64,000 nt of DNA from Gemmatimonadota bacterium. Lineage in GTDB: Bacteria > Gemmatimonadota > Gemmatimonadetes > Gemmatimonadales > GWC2-71-9. The position numbers and the translations under genes were made by a program. The DNA is taken from positions 10,962 to 74,961 of the forward strand of contig JBGPDL010000003.1 in the NCBI GenBank assembly GCA_041482275.1, read 5' to 3'. Shown in pieces: positions 9,551 through 18,617 of the stretch (position 1 is its first letter; every line of letters starts with the position of its first letter). The notes under the pieces are model-generated. The model made no database searches. It worked only from the letters and a program-made list of their open reading frames with translations, and had not been told where the DNA came from.

Positions 9551-9561
9551 GCTGGGGAGCC

Positions 9562-10842
9562 ATGTTCGGACCGAAGACTCACTGCGTGGTCGTCGTCGGC
9601 GCTCAATGGGGCGACGAGGGCAAAGGGAAGATCGTCGACGTGCTCGCCGAGCGCGCCGATCTCGTCGTGCGCTACCAGGGGGGGGCGAACGCCGGCCATA
9701 CCGTGCATACCGCAGCCGGGGAGTTCGTGCTGCACCAGATTCCTTCCGGCATCATCCAGGGCGCCGTGTGCGTGGTCGGCAACGGCGTCGTACTCGATCC
9801 CGAGACGCTGTTCACCGAGCTCGACGCCCTGAGCGAGCGCGGCATCCGGACCGACCACAAGCTTTACGTCTCGGATCGCGCGCACCTCACTCTGCCGTTC
9901 CACAAGCTGCTCGACCGGGCGCGCGAGGCGCGGGAGAAGATCGGCACGACGGGGCGGGGCATCGGCCCAACCTACGAGGACAAGTATGGGCGGCGCGGGA
10001 TCCGCGTCGGGGACCTGCGGAACCTGGGTCGAGCGAAAGAGCTCGTGTGCGCGCGCGTGCAGGCGGCGAACCAGTTCCTCGAGCTGCTCGGCTCTGCCGA
10101 GCGCGCCGACCCCGGGGAGCACGTCGCGCTGCTCGAGCGGCTCGCGCCGCGGCTGCTGCCGCTCGCGGTTGATGCCGGGCGCGTCGTCTGGGAAGCGCTC
10201 GACCGCGGGGAATCGGTGCTGCTCGAGGGCGCGCAAGGCGCCCTGCTCGATGTCGACCACGGGACCTACCCCTACGTGACGTCCTCCAACACCACCGCGG
10301 GCGGAGCGGCTGTGGGCGCGGGCATCGGGCCCACGTCGATCGACGCCGTTCTGGGGGTGGTCAAGGCGTATACAACTCGTGTCGGCAACGGGCCGCTCCC
10401 CACCGAAGCGGACCCGGTCCTTGCCGAACGGATCCGAGCGCTCGGGGACGAGTTCGGCGCCACCACGGGACGGCCGCGCCGCTGCGGCTGGTTCGATGCC
10501 GTGGTCGTCCGGTACGCCGTCCGCGTGAACGGCCTCACGGGCCTCGCGGTGACCAAGCTCGACGTGCTGGATTCGTTCTCCGAGATTCCGGTCTGCGTCG
10601 GCTATCGGTTCGGAAGTGAGTTGCTCGACTCCATGCCGGCCGAAGTGGAGCGGCTCGCGGGCGTCGAGCCCGTGTATGAAACGCTCCCGGGCTGGCAAAA
10701 ATCCTTGAGCGGGGTGCGCCGGCTGGCGGATCTGCCGCCCCCGGCGCGCGCCTACCTCGACCGGCTGCAGGACCTGGCCCATGCCCCCATTCAGTACGTG
10801 AGCGTCGGGACGCACCGTGATCAGATCATCGAAGTGACGTGA
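9562..10842 (+). CDS. purA: Adenylosuccinate synthetase
   Basis: GAQWGDEGKGK, GGANAGHT, TTGRGIGP and TTGRPRRCGW motifs. 426 aa. GGGGAG RBS. Confidence 0.95.
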   Translation: MFGPKTHCVVVVGAQWGDEGKGKIVDVLAERADLVVRYQGGANAGHTVHTAAGEFVLHQIPSGIIQGAVCVVGNGVVLDPETLFTELDALSERGIRTDHKLYVSDRAHLTLPFHKLLDRAREAREKIGTTGRGIGPTYEDKYGRRGIRVGDLRNLGRAKELVCARVQAANQFLELLGSAERADPGEHVALLERLAPRLLPLAVDAGRVVWEALDRGESVLLEGAQGALLDVDHGTYPYVTSSNTTAGGAAVGAGIGPTSIDAVLGVVKAYTTRVGNGPLPTEADPVLAERIRALGDEFGATTGRPRRCGWFDAVVVRYAVRVNGLTGLAVTKLDVLDSFSEIPVCVGYRFGSELLDSMPAEVERLAGVEPVYETLPGWQKSLSGVRRLADLPPPARAYLDRLQDLAHAPIQYVSVGTHRDQIIEVT

Positions 10843-10855
10843 CACTGGCCCGCTG

Positions 10856-11854
10856 ATGCTCGATCTCGCGGTGATCGGCGCCGGGCCCTGTGGGCTCGCG
10901 GTGGGCGTGGCGGCGAAGCGCGCCCGCCTCACCTGCTCCTTGTTCGACAAGGGGCCGGTAGCTGCGAGCCTGATGCGCTACCCGCTGTACATGACGTTCT
11001 TCTCGACCCCCGACAAGCTCGAGATCGGCGTGCCCTTTGTCACGGCCGGCGACAAGCCTACCCGCCGGGAAGCACTCACCTATTATCGGAAGGTAGCGGA
11101 GCATTTCGAGCTGGACGTGCGCCAGTACCATACGGTGCGCCGCGTGACGCGCACGGCCGACGAGCTTGAGCTGGTCGCGGAGCATCCGGGAGCGGCGGAG
11201 CCCGAGACGATCCGTTGCCGCCAGGTGGTGTTCGCGACCGGGTACTTCGAGTCGCCCAATCTGCTGGGCGTGCCGGGGGAGAACCTGCCGCATGTGTCGC
11301 ACTTCTTCGGTGAAGCGCATCCCTACTGGCAGCAGCGCGTCGTGGTGGTGGGCGGCGGCAATAGCGCCGTCGAGGCCGCGCTCGAGTTGTGCCGGGTGGG
11401 GGCGCGAGTCACCGTGGTGCATTTCCTCGGCGAATTCGATCGCGGGGTGAAGCCTTGGGTCCTGCCGGACATCACCAACCGCGTCAAGGAGGGCCGGGTG
11501 GCGGTCCGGTGGTGCAGCCGTGTGGTCGAGATTGCTTGGTCGCACGTCGTGGTGCGGCGCGATCCGGACGGCGAGCGCGAAACGCTGCCGGCCGACTTCG
11601 TGCTGGCGCTCACCGGCTACGCTGCCGACCTGTCGCTGCTGCGCTCGGTCGGCGTGACGGTGGACGGGGCGAGCGGCGTGCCCCGGCACGCGCCGGACAC
11701 CCTGGAAACCAACATCCCGGGCGTCTACGTCGCCGGCGTGCTGGCCTCGGGGTTCGACGCCAACAAGATCTTTATCGAGAACGGGCGCGAGCACGGCGGC
11801 CGGATCTGTGCTCACATCAAGAGCAAACCCCCCAGAGTTGCCCCTGGGGGGTGA
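10856..11854 (+). CDS. ypdA: YpdA-family putative bacillithiol disulfide reductase (FAD/NAD(P) oxidoreductase)
   Basis: VIGAGPCGLA dinucleotide fold, YPLYMTFFSTPDKLEIG block, second fold VVVVGGGNSAVEAA. 332 aa. Confidence 0.7.
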   Translation: MLDLAVIGAGPCGLAVGVAAKRARLTCSLFDKGPVAASLMRYPLYMTFFSTPDKLEIGVPFVTAGDKPTRREALTYYRKVAEHFELDVRQYHTVRRVTRTADELELVAEHPGAAEPETIRCRQVVFATGYFESPNLLGVPGENLPHVSHFFGEAHPYWQQRVVVVGGGNSAVEAALELCRVGARVTVVHFLGEFDRGVKPWVLPDITNRVKEGRVAVRWCSRVVEIAWSHVVVRRDPDGERETLPADFVLALTGYAADLSLLRSVGVTVDGASGVPRHAPDTLETNIPGVYVAGVLASGFDANKIFIENGREHGGRICAHIKSKPPRVAPGG

Positions 11855-11945
11855 TCGCCTGCCCGACATCGTGCGCCCTAGAACCCGATGCGAGCGAGAC
11901 GAAACCTCTGCTCGAGAGGCCCAACGAAGAGCCCCGCGCTCTGAT

Positions 11946-12043
11946 CAGGGCGTGGGGCCGGTGCCGACCTCCGGCAGCCGGGCTGTCTCGGATCTTCGAG
12001 ACCCCTTGGCTTTGCGCCCCGCCGTCGCCGACGGTTTGCCCTG
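11946..12043. other. Hairpin-rich non-coding segment (three local stems closed by CAGGGC/GCCCTG); possible structured RNA
   Basis: Stems CCGGTGCCG/CGGCAgCCGG, GTCTCG/CGAGAC and CCGTC/GACGG read from the sequence. It sits in a 320-bp gap that has no credible ORF. Confidence 0.2.
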
Positions 12044-12175
12044 AAACAGAGATAAGCTGGTGAGGTAGGAAGCAAAAACGGTGCCCGTGCAGCAAGCGAC
12101 ATCGCTGCGTCAGATAGCAGTTTTCGTTGCCTGATAGGTGTATTGCATAACGCAATTAACCATGCGGACTGCAAG

Positions 12176-13258
12176 ATGTCACAGGTAGTTCTCATCGCTC
12201 CGGCAGCGTTCAAGGGGACGTTGGGGCCGCGTCAGGTGGCAGACGCTCTCGCCATCGGCACGCGGCGGGCGCTCCCTGACGCGTCGGTATTGCAGTGCCC
12301 CATTTCCGACGGGGGGGACGGGCTGCTCGACGCGGTGCTGTCACCCGGTTCGCTGCGGGAGCGCCTCACGGTCACGGGGCCGCTGGGATCGCCCGTCTCG
12401 GGGGAGTTGGGGTGGATCGATCCGGACACGGCGATTTTCGAGAGCGCAACGGCGTGCGGCATCGCGCTTTTGACGCCCGAACAGCTGGACCCGCTCCGAG
12501 CCACCACGCGCGGCGTCGGAGAGCTCGTGTGGGAGGCGGCGGAGCGCGGCGCCAAGACGGTGGTCGTGGGCTTGGGTGGTTCCGCCACGGTGGATGGCGG
12601 CTCGGGTGCGGCCCGGGGACTCGGTTGGTCCCTGCTCGATGCGACCGGGGCCCCGCTTCCCGAGGGGGGCGGCTCGCTGGCGCAGCTGGCGGACATGCGC
12701 GGGGGGTGGAGCTTCGCCGCCCGGGTGGTGGCGCTCGCCGACGTCACGACGCCGCTCGTCGGGGCTCAGGGTGCGGCACCGGTGTTCGGGCCGCAGAAAG
12801 GCGCGGGCCCCGAGGGGGTCAAGCTCCTGTCGCGGGGCCTCGAACGCCTGGCCGAGCTGATGGCCGGTCACGGCCGCCCCGATCTGGCGACGCTTCCCGG
12901 CGGCGGCGCCGCGGGCGGGTTGGGAGCGGGACTCGCCTTCTTCGCCAAGGCACAGCTCGCGGCCGGGGCGGAATGGGTGTTGGCCCGCGTGGGCTTCGAC
13001 GCGGCGCTCGCGACCGCACAGCTCGTGATCACGGGCGAAGGGGCTTTCGACCGCACCTCGCTCGTGGGGAAGGCGTCGGGCGAAGTGGTGCGGCGGGCCC
13101 AGGCGGCCAAGAAGCGCGTCGCTGTCGTCGCCGGAAAAGTCGAAGGGCTGGTGGGTCTGCACGCACTGGACGGTGAAGGCCGGGTGCTCGACGCCACCGC
13201 CATCGCCGCGCTCGCCGAGCGAGCGGTGCGCGAAGCGTTCGGGTTGCCCGCCGCCTAG
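12176..13258 (+). CDS. Glycerate kinase
   Basis: IAPAAFKGTL N-terminus, ISDGGDG and GLGGSATVDGG blocks. I chose the ATG at 12176 rather than the TTG at 12143. Confidence 0.85.
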   Translation: MSQVVLIAPAAFKGTLGPRQVADALAIGTRRALPDASVLQCPISDGGDGLLDAVLSPGSLRERLTVTGPLGSPVSGELGWIDPDTAIFESATACGIALLTPEQLDPLRATTRGVGELVWEAAERGAKTVVVGLGGSATVDGGSGAARGLGWSLLDATGAPLPEGGGSLAQLADMRGGWSFAARVVALADVTTPLVGAQGAAPVFGPQKGAGPEGVKLLSRGLERLAELMAGHGRPDLATLPGGGAAGGLGAGLAFFAKAQLAAGAEWVLARVGFDAALATAQLVITGEGAFDRTSLVGKASGEVVRRAQAAKKRVAVVAGKVEGLVGLHALDGEGRVLDATAIAALAERAVREAFGLPAA

Positions 13259-13273
13259 CCGTCCGTCTATCTT
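13244..13273 (+). promoter_or_regulatory. Candidate promoter of glyQS (TTGCCC-N18-TATCTT)
   Basis: Hexamers read directly from the sequence. The -10 ends 9 nt before the ATG at 13283, implying a near-leaderless mRNA. Confidence 0.35.
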
Positions 13274-13282
13274 CCGGCCCTT

Positions 13283-14620
13283 ATGCCTCCCACCGACAAC
13301 GTCATGGAGAAACTCGTGTCGCTCGCCAAGCGACGCGGCTTCGTGTTCCAGTCCTCGGAGATCTACGGCGGGCTCGGCTCGGTATGGGACTACGGACCAC
13401 TCGGCGTCGAGCTCAAGAGGAACATCAAGGAGCGGTGGTGGCGGTCGATGGTGCACGAGCGGGAGGACATCGAGGGCCTGGATGCGGCGATCCTGATGCA
13501 CCCGAAAGTGTGGGAAGCGTCAGGGCACGTGGCGGGATTCACCGATCCCCTGGTCGATTGCAAACACTGCAAGAATCGGTTTCGCGCCGACGACCCGCGC
13601 ATCAGGGGCACGCCGGGCGAGCCCACGGCGCAGTGTCCGGTCTGCGGCAGCAAGGGCACTCTCACCGCGCCGCGGATGTTCAACCTCATGTTCAAGACCT
13701 TCATGGGGCCGGTGGAGGAGCAAGCAGCGGTGGTCTACCTCCGCCCCGAAACGGCTCAGGGCATCTACGTCAACTATCTGAACGTGCTGCAGTCGTCGCG
13801 CCAGAAGATCCCCTTCGGCATCGCGCAGATCGGTAAGGCGTTCCGAAACGAAATCACGCCCGGCAACTTCACGTTTCGCACGCGCGAGTTCGAGCAGATG
13901 GAAATGCAGTTCTTCGTGAAGCCCGGGACGGACCTCGAGTGGTTCGAGTTCTGGCGGCACGAGCGCATGAAGTGGCTGGCCGGGCTGGGGCTGCGCGCCG
14001 AGAAGCTACGCTTTCACCAGCACACGAAGGACGAGCTTGCCCACTACGCCAAGGACGCGTACGACATCCAATACGAGTTTCCGTTCGGCTGGCAGGAGTT
14101 CGAAGGGATCCACAACCGTACCAACTTCGACCTGTCGCGACACCAGGAATACTCGGGGAAAAAGCTCGAGTACCTGGAGACCGCGACGAACGAACGATTT
14201 ATCCCGTACGTCGTCGAGACGTCGGCCGGTGCCGATCGGATCACGCTGGTCGTGATGGTGGACGCGTATCACGAGGAAGACGTGGAGGGCGAAAAACGCG
14301 TCGTGCTGCGGCTGCATCCCGCTATCGCTCCTCTGAAAGCTGCGGTGTTCCCGCTCGTGAACAAGGACGGCATGCCCGAGCTCGCCCGCCGCATCTTCGA
14401 CGACCTGCGCAAGCACCACAACACGTTCTACGACGATGGCGGCTCGATCGGCCGCCGCTACCGTCGCCAGGACGAGGCCGGCACGCCGTTCGGGATCACC
14501 ATCGACGGCCAATCCACGCAGGATGGGACGGTGACCGTGCGGGATCGCGATACTCTGCAACAGATTCGCCTCGCCGCCGAGCGGCTCGTTCAGTACCTGA
14601 CGGATCGCCTGAAGAGCTAA
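13283..14620 (+). CDS. glyQS: Glycine--tRNA ligase (homodimeric class II type)
   Basis: 445 aa with FQSSEIYGG, FRNEITPG and FTFRTREFEQMEMQFF (class II motif 2). C-terminal anticodon-binding domain. Confidence 0.95.
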   Translation: MPPTDNVMEKLVSLAKRRGFVFQSSEIYGGLGSVWDYGPLGVELKRNIKERWWRSMVHEREDIEGLDAAILMHPKVWEASGHVAGFTDPLVDCKHCKNRFRADDPRIRGTPGEPTAQCPVCGSKGTLTAPRMFNLMFKTFMGPVEEQAAVVYLRPETAQGIYVNYLNVLQSSRQKIPFGIAQIGKAFRNEITPGNFTFRTREFEQMEMQFFVKPGTDLEWFEFWRHERMKWLAGLGLRAEKLRFHQHTKDELAHYAKDAYDIQYEFPFGWQEFEGIHNRTNFDLSRHQEYSGKKLEYLETATNERFIPYVVETSAGADRITLVVMVDAYHEEDVEGEKRVVLRLHPAIAPLKAAVFPLVNKDGMPELARRIFDDLRKHHNTFYDDGGSIGRRYRRQDEAGTPFGITIDGQSTQDGTVTVRDRDTLQQIRLAAERLVQYLTDRLKS

Positions 14621-14627
14621 TGGGGAA

Positions 14628-14700
14628 GGCAGAATGTGGAATGCGGAATCGACGTCCGTGCTTCCATTCCGCATTCCGCACTCCGCAGTCCGCATTGTCC
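14628..14700. repeat. Heptamer-palindrome intergenic repeat, copy 1 (short form)
   Basis: Left arm GAATGTGGAATGCGGAAT, right arm ATTCCGCATTCCGCACTCCGCAGTCCGCATT. Starts 8 nt after the glyQS stop. Confidence 0.8.
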
Positions 14701-14701
14701 T

Positions 14702-15400
14702 ATGCGGCTCGATGACTTCCGCCAGCTCGTCGAGCGCCTCCGGAAGGACGTCCCGCCGGAGTATTCGAGCGGTGTGGTAGTCGTGGATGTCAGTCCCAAA
14801 ACTGTCCCGCACCCGGTGCGCGGGGACGTCTATACCCTTGGTGAGTGTGTGCCGCTCGAGTGGAGCGGCAGCGGGTCCGACCTGCAGTCGCGCATCGTCC
14901 TCTATCACGGCTCGTTCGCGGCTCTCGCCCGGCTCGGCGACTTCGCGTGGCGGGAGGAAGCATGGGAAACGCTCACGCACGAGCTGCGCCACCACCTGGA
15001 GTGGCGCGCCAACGTAGACGCCCTCGCCGCGTACGATTGGGCGGCCGAGCAGAACTTTGCTCGCCACGAAGGCCAACCGTTCGATCCGGCCTTCTACCGC
15101 TCCGGTGAGCAGGTGACCGCAGGGGTGTGGAAGATCGACGACGATGTGTTCATCGAAAAGGAGCGGGGTCGGGGGACGGGGGAAGAGCTGGACCTGGTAT
15201 GGCACGGCCGGCGCTATCGCGTAGCGATGCCGGCGACGGGCTCGCGCACGCCCCTCTTCCTCACTCTCGATGGTCTGCGTGATCCGCCCCCAGGCGACGC
15301 CGTGCTGGTCGTGCGGTATGCTCCGCGGCTGCGGGACATCGTGCGGCGGCCCTCCGCTCCGGTGCTCCGGGTCGCGCCGGTAACTCCGCTCGATGGCTAA
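14702..15400 (+). CDS. Zincin-like metallopeptidase family protein (DUF1025-type N-domain) with extra C-terminal domain
   Basis: HEXXH as THELRHHLEW and overall N-terminal layout of the small zincin_1 family. I chose the ATG at 14702 because the upstream part of the ORF lies inside the repeat. Confidence 0.5.
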   Translation: MRLDDFRQLVERLRKDVPPEYSSGVVVVDVSPKTVPHPVRGDVYTLGECVPLEWSGSGSDLQSRIVLYHGSFAALARLGDFAWREEAWETLTHELRHHLEWRANVDALAAYDWAAEQNFARHEGQPFDPAFYRSGEQVTAGVWKIDDDVFIEKERGRGTGEELDLVWHGRRYRVAMPATGSRTPLFLTLDGLRDPPPGDAVLVVRYAPRLRDIVRRPSAPVLRVAPVTPLDG

Positions 15401-15695
15401 GCGTGTGTTCCTCGCCACGCGGGATCTGCTGTTCCGCGCAAAGCTCGGCAGCGCCGTCGCTGCCGCCGGAGGCGAAGTGTCCCGCGACGAAGCAGCGTGC
15501 GACCTGGTCGTTCTCGAGCTGGCCGACCCCGCCACCATCGGGCGGATCGGGGAGCTCGTGCAGCGCGGGATGACCGTGCTGGCGTACGGCTCCCACGTCC
15601 AGCCGGAGCTGTTGCGCGCCGCACGGGCGGCCGGGGCAACGGCGGTGCCGAACTCCGAGGTGGAGCGGCGCCTGCGCGAGCTCGTGAACAGGTAG
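15393..15695 (+). CDS. Hypothetical small protein (100 aa)
   Basis: ORF overlaps the previous stop by 8 nt, and codon usage is consistent with its neighbours. No motif recognised. Confidence 0.45.
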   Translation: MAKRVFLATRDLLFRAKLGSAVAAAGGEVSRDEAACDLVVLELADPATIGRIGELVQRGMTVLAYGSHVQPELLRAARAAGATAVPNSEVERRLRELVNR

Positions 15696-15776
15696 GGGCG
15701 CGCCGGGGGTTCATGGCCGCTGCCGTACGGTCTATCTTTCCCACTCCCTTTCGGCGCTCGCGCTCGGGACTGCTCC

Positions 15777-16859
15777 GTGAAGACTCTGGTCGCCCTGCTC
15801 CTCCTCTCCGCTGCGGCGGATCCTCCTTCGCACTACCGCATCTACGTCTCGAGCGAATCGGGGGACATCGTTTCCCAGCTCGCATGGGACGGTGTGGCGC
15901 TCCGGACCGTGAAGGTCGTCCCGGTGGGGGTCATGCCGTCCGAGATTGACGGCCCGCACAACGTGACGGTCTCCCCCGATGGCCGCTTCTGGTACGTGAC
16001 CGTGGCGCACGGCACGCCGTACGGCTCGCTGTGGAAGATGGCCGTGCAGGGCGATACGCTGGTAGGGCGGGCACCGGTCGAGATGTTCCCGACGACCATT
16101 TCGCTGACGCCGGACGGCGAGCTCGCCTTCGTCGCGAACTCCGACTTCTACGGCGACCATCCCCGCACCAACGTGGTGTCGGTGGTCTACACGCCGCAGA
16201 TGATCCCGCTCGCGACGCTCCCGGCGTGCGACATGCCGCACGGCGTGAAGGTGAACCACGCCGGTACGCGGGTCTACGTGTCCTGCATGAACTCGGACGA
16301 GATCCTGGAGATCGACCGGGCGCGGCTGTCCATCCTGCGGCGCTACCGCACGGGGGTGGGCATGCTGCCGGCCATGCCGATGCCTGCAGGCCACGACGGT
16401 GCCGCGGGGGCCCGGATGCACGAGGCCTGTATGCCCACGTTCGTGTCGGTCTCGCCAGACGACCGCCGGCTGTACGTCGCGTGCAATCACAGCGACGAGC
16501 TGCTGGTGCTCGACGCCGTCGCGCTCCAGCTCGTGCAGACGGTGCCGACGGGCCACGGTGCCTACAACGTCGAGCCGTCGCCCGACGGCCGGTGGGTGAT
16601 CGTGACCAACAAGAAGGACCAGAGCGTGTCGCTGATCGATGCCGCGACGCTGCTCGAGGCCGCCCGGATCAGGACCACGAAGCCGTTCCCGCACGGTGTG
16701 GCATACTCCCCCGACAACCACTACGCGTTCATTTCCCAGGAGAGCAAGGGAGTGAATCCCGGGGCGGTGGACGTGATCGACCTGACGCGTCACGCCAACG
16801 TGGCGAGCATCGACGTCCCGCTCCAACCGACCGGCATCACGGTCCTGGTCCTGCCATGA
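15777..16859 (+). CDS. Secreted YVTN/YncE-like beta-propeller repeat protein
   Basis: Signal peptide MKTLVALLLLSAAA. Repeated units of the form 'PHGV..SPDG..YV' (about 40 residues each). Confidence 0.65.
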   Translation: MKTLVALLLLSAAADPPSHYRIYVSSESGDIVSQLAWDGVALRTVKVVPVGVMPSEIDGPHNVTVSPDGRFWYVTVAHGTPYGSLWKMAVQGDTLVGRAPVEMFPTTISLTPDGELAFVANSDFYGDHPRTNVVSVVYTPQMIPLATLPACDMPHGVKVNHAGTRVYVSCMNSDEILEIDRARLSILRRYRTGVGMLPAMPMPAGHDGAAGARMHEACMPTFVSVSPDDRRLYVACNHSDELLVLDAVALQLVQTVPTGHGAYNVEPSPDGRWVIVTNKKDQSVSLIDAATLLEAARIRTTKPFPHGVAYSPDNHYAFISQESKGVNPGAVDVIDLTRHANVASIDVPLQPTGITVLVLP

Positions 16860-17134
16860 CGCACACGACGACCGTCGCCCTGCCTCCGGACGAAGTGCTC
16901 GCCCGGGCCAAGCGGTTCTTCGCCGAGCGCGTGCCGAATGCCGCGGCGTTCGTGGAAAAGGAAGGACCGCAATTCCTCGTGCTGCGCGGGCAGGGTGGGG
17001 AGGAGGTTGTCCTGCGCGCGTGGGCGGACGCCGCGGGAAAGACGCGGGTGCGTGCCTCGACGCTGTTTTTCGACCAACCGCTCGACCGTTTCTTCTCCAC
17101 GCTGCCGCTCGAGGCCGGGGTGGAGGTCGTGTGA
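16856..17134 (+). CDS. Hypothetical protein (92 aa)
   Basis: ATGA overlap with the propeller gene and GTGA overlap with the next gene. No motif recognised. Confidence 0.5.
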   Translation: MTHTTTVALPPDEVLARAKRFFAERVPNAAAFVEKEGPQFLVLRGQGGEEVVLRAWADAAGKTRVRASTLFFDQPLDRFFSTLPLEAGVEVV

Positions 17135-17406
17135 CCTCGGTCGGCACACGGTTCGCCGTCCGCGTGATGGTGACGGACGTCTGGGATCAGGTGTTCTTGG
17201 CGGTCGATCCCGGGACGACGGTGGCGGAGCTCAAGCGCTTGGCGCTCGCGCAGGCGCTGAAGCGCGCGCCGGGGCGGCTGGAGGATTACGTGGTCAAGTT
17301 CCGGGGCGCCCAGGTGTTCGACGAAGCTACTACGCTCGGGGCGCTCGGCGTCGTGGCCAACTCCCCGCTCATCGTCCTGCCCGCACGCCGCCAGGCGGTC
17401 CGCTGA
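17131..17406 (+). CDS. Small ubiquitin-like (beta-grasp) domain protein
   Basis: The pattern VFLAVDPGTTVAELKRLA....YVVKFRGAQVFDEATTLGALGVVANSPLIVL mirrors the ubiquitin fold pattern (ITLEVEPSDTIENVKAKI....[31 protein letters not shown]). No C-terminal GG. Confidence 0.45.
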   Translation: MTSVGTRFAVRVMVTDVWDQVFLAVDPGTTVAELKRLALAQALKRAPGRLEDYVVKFRGAQVFDEATTLGALGVVANSPLIVLPARRQAVR

Positions 17407-17687
17407 TGAGGGTGCTGCCCGGCGGGGCGCCGAGTCGCGCGCTGACCACGTTCGCGGTCGGCTTCCTGTTGCTCGACGCACTGCTGCTCGCCTACGAGGG
17501 GTTCGCGTTCGGGCGCCCCGTGCTGGTCGTGTGGGGCGCCGCGTGTGTGCTCGGCGCCGGGCTCGTGGTCTTGGGGTGGCGGCGTTACCGCCGCGTCCTG
17601 TCCGATCTGGAGCGCGCCCGACGGGAGATGCGGGCGGAGGTTGAGTCGATTCGGGAGCTGTTGCACGGCAGGCACCTGAACAACTAG
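17406..17687 (+). CDS. Small membrane protein (two predicted TM helices plus a charged helix)
   Basis: Hydrophobic stretches FAVGFLLLDALLLAY and VLVVWGAACVLGAGLVVLGW. TGATG overlap with the previous gene. Confidence 0.5.
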   Translation: MRVLPGGAPSRALTTFAVGFLLLDALLLAYEGFAFGRPVLVVWGAACVLGAGLVVLGWRRYRRVLSDLERARREMRAEVESIRELLHGRHLNN

Positions 17688-18590
17688 GTGGCGACCTCCG
17701 TCGTCTGGCACCCCGCGTGCCGGTTGCACGATCCCGGTCCTGGTCATCCCGAGCGTGCGGCGCGGGTCGAGGCGGTGCTCACGGCGCTGCGCGCACCCGA
17801 CCTGACGTCCGCGGTCGACTGGTACGAGGCAAGCCCTGCGACGCGCGCCCAAGTGGAGCGTGTGCACCCGGCGCGCTATCTCGACGCGCTCGAGCGTCTG
17901 GCGCGCGCGGGGGGAGGCGCGCTGGACGCGGACACCGTCGTGAGCAGCCACAGCTGGGACGCGGCGCTCGCGGCCGCGGGCGTGGCGATCGGCGCGGTGG
18001 AGCGCGGTATCGAGCGAGGCACCGCGTTCGGCGCCACCCGCCCGCCAGGGCACCACGCCCTCGCGGGTCGCGCCATGGGCTTCTGCCTGCTCAACAACGT
18101 CGTCGTGGCGGCGCGGCACGCCCAGGAGCTGGGGAAGGCGCGCGTGCTGATCGTGGACTGGGACGTGCACCACGGCAACGGCACCCAGGCGCTCGTGGAG
18201 CGCGATTCGTCGATCCGGTATGTCTCGATGCACCAGTACCCGTGGTATCCGGGGACCGGTGCGGAGAAGGAGCGGGGCGTGGGGAACGTGTTCAACGTGC
18301 CGCGCCCGCCGGGCCTCGCGCGCAAGACGTACGTGCGCGACTTGCTCGCGGCGGTGGATGCGGCGCTCGACGGCTGGCGGGCGGACCTGCTGCTCGTGTC
18401 GGCGGGCTTCGATTCCCTCGCGGGCGATCCGCTGGGCGGCTTCACGCTCGAGCCCGAAGACATGGCGCACTGGACGACGGCGCTCCGCGGGCGCGTGGCC
18501 CCGGCCCCGGTGGTCGGCGTACTCGAGGGTGGCTACCGGCTCGATTTGCTGGCGGTCGGTGCGTGCGCGCACGTGCGCGCGCTTGCTTGA
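17688..18590 (+). CDS. Histone deacetylase / acetoin-utilisation (AcuC) family deacetylase
   Basis: RPPGHHA, DWDVHHGNGTQ and SAGFDS motifs. 300 aa. The start directly abuts the previous stop. Confidence 0.85.
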   Translation: MATSVVWHPACRLHDPGPGHPERAARVEAVLTALRAPDLTSAVDWYEASPATRAQVERVHPARYLDALERLARAGGGALDADTVVSSHSWDAALAAAGVAIGAVERGIERGTAFGATRPPGHHALAGRAMGFCLLNNVVVAARHAQELGKARVLIVDWDVHHGNGTQALVERDSSIRYVSMHQYPWYPGTGAEKERGVGNVFNVPRPPGLARKTYVRDLLAAVDAALDGWRADLLLVSAGFDSLAGDPLGGFTLEPEDMAHWTTALRGRVAPAPVVGVLEGGYRLDLLAVGACAHVRALA

Positions 18591-18617
18591 CTACGCGGTT
18601 CTTCCGATACTTGGCGC

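Noticed and set aside
14628-14700. Heptamer repeats as a possible CRISPR array
   Set aside because: The units are 7 nt, contiguous and arranged as inverted arms with no spacers. No cas genes are present. Not CRISPR.
18583-18611. corA promoter TTGCTT-N17-GATACT (or TTGACT with a 13-nt spacer)
   Set aside because: The hexamers are weaker and the spacing is ambiguous, so it is not listed as a feature.
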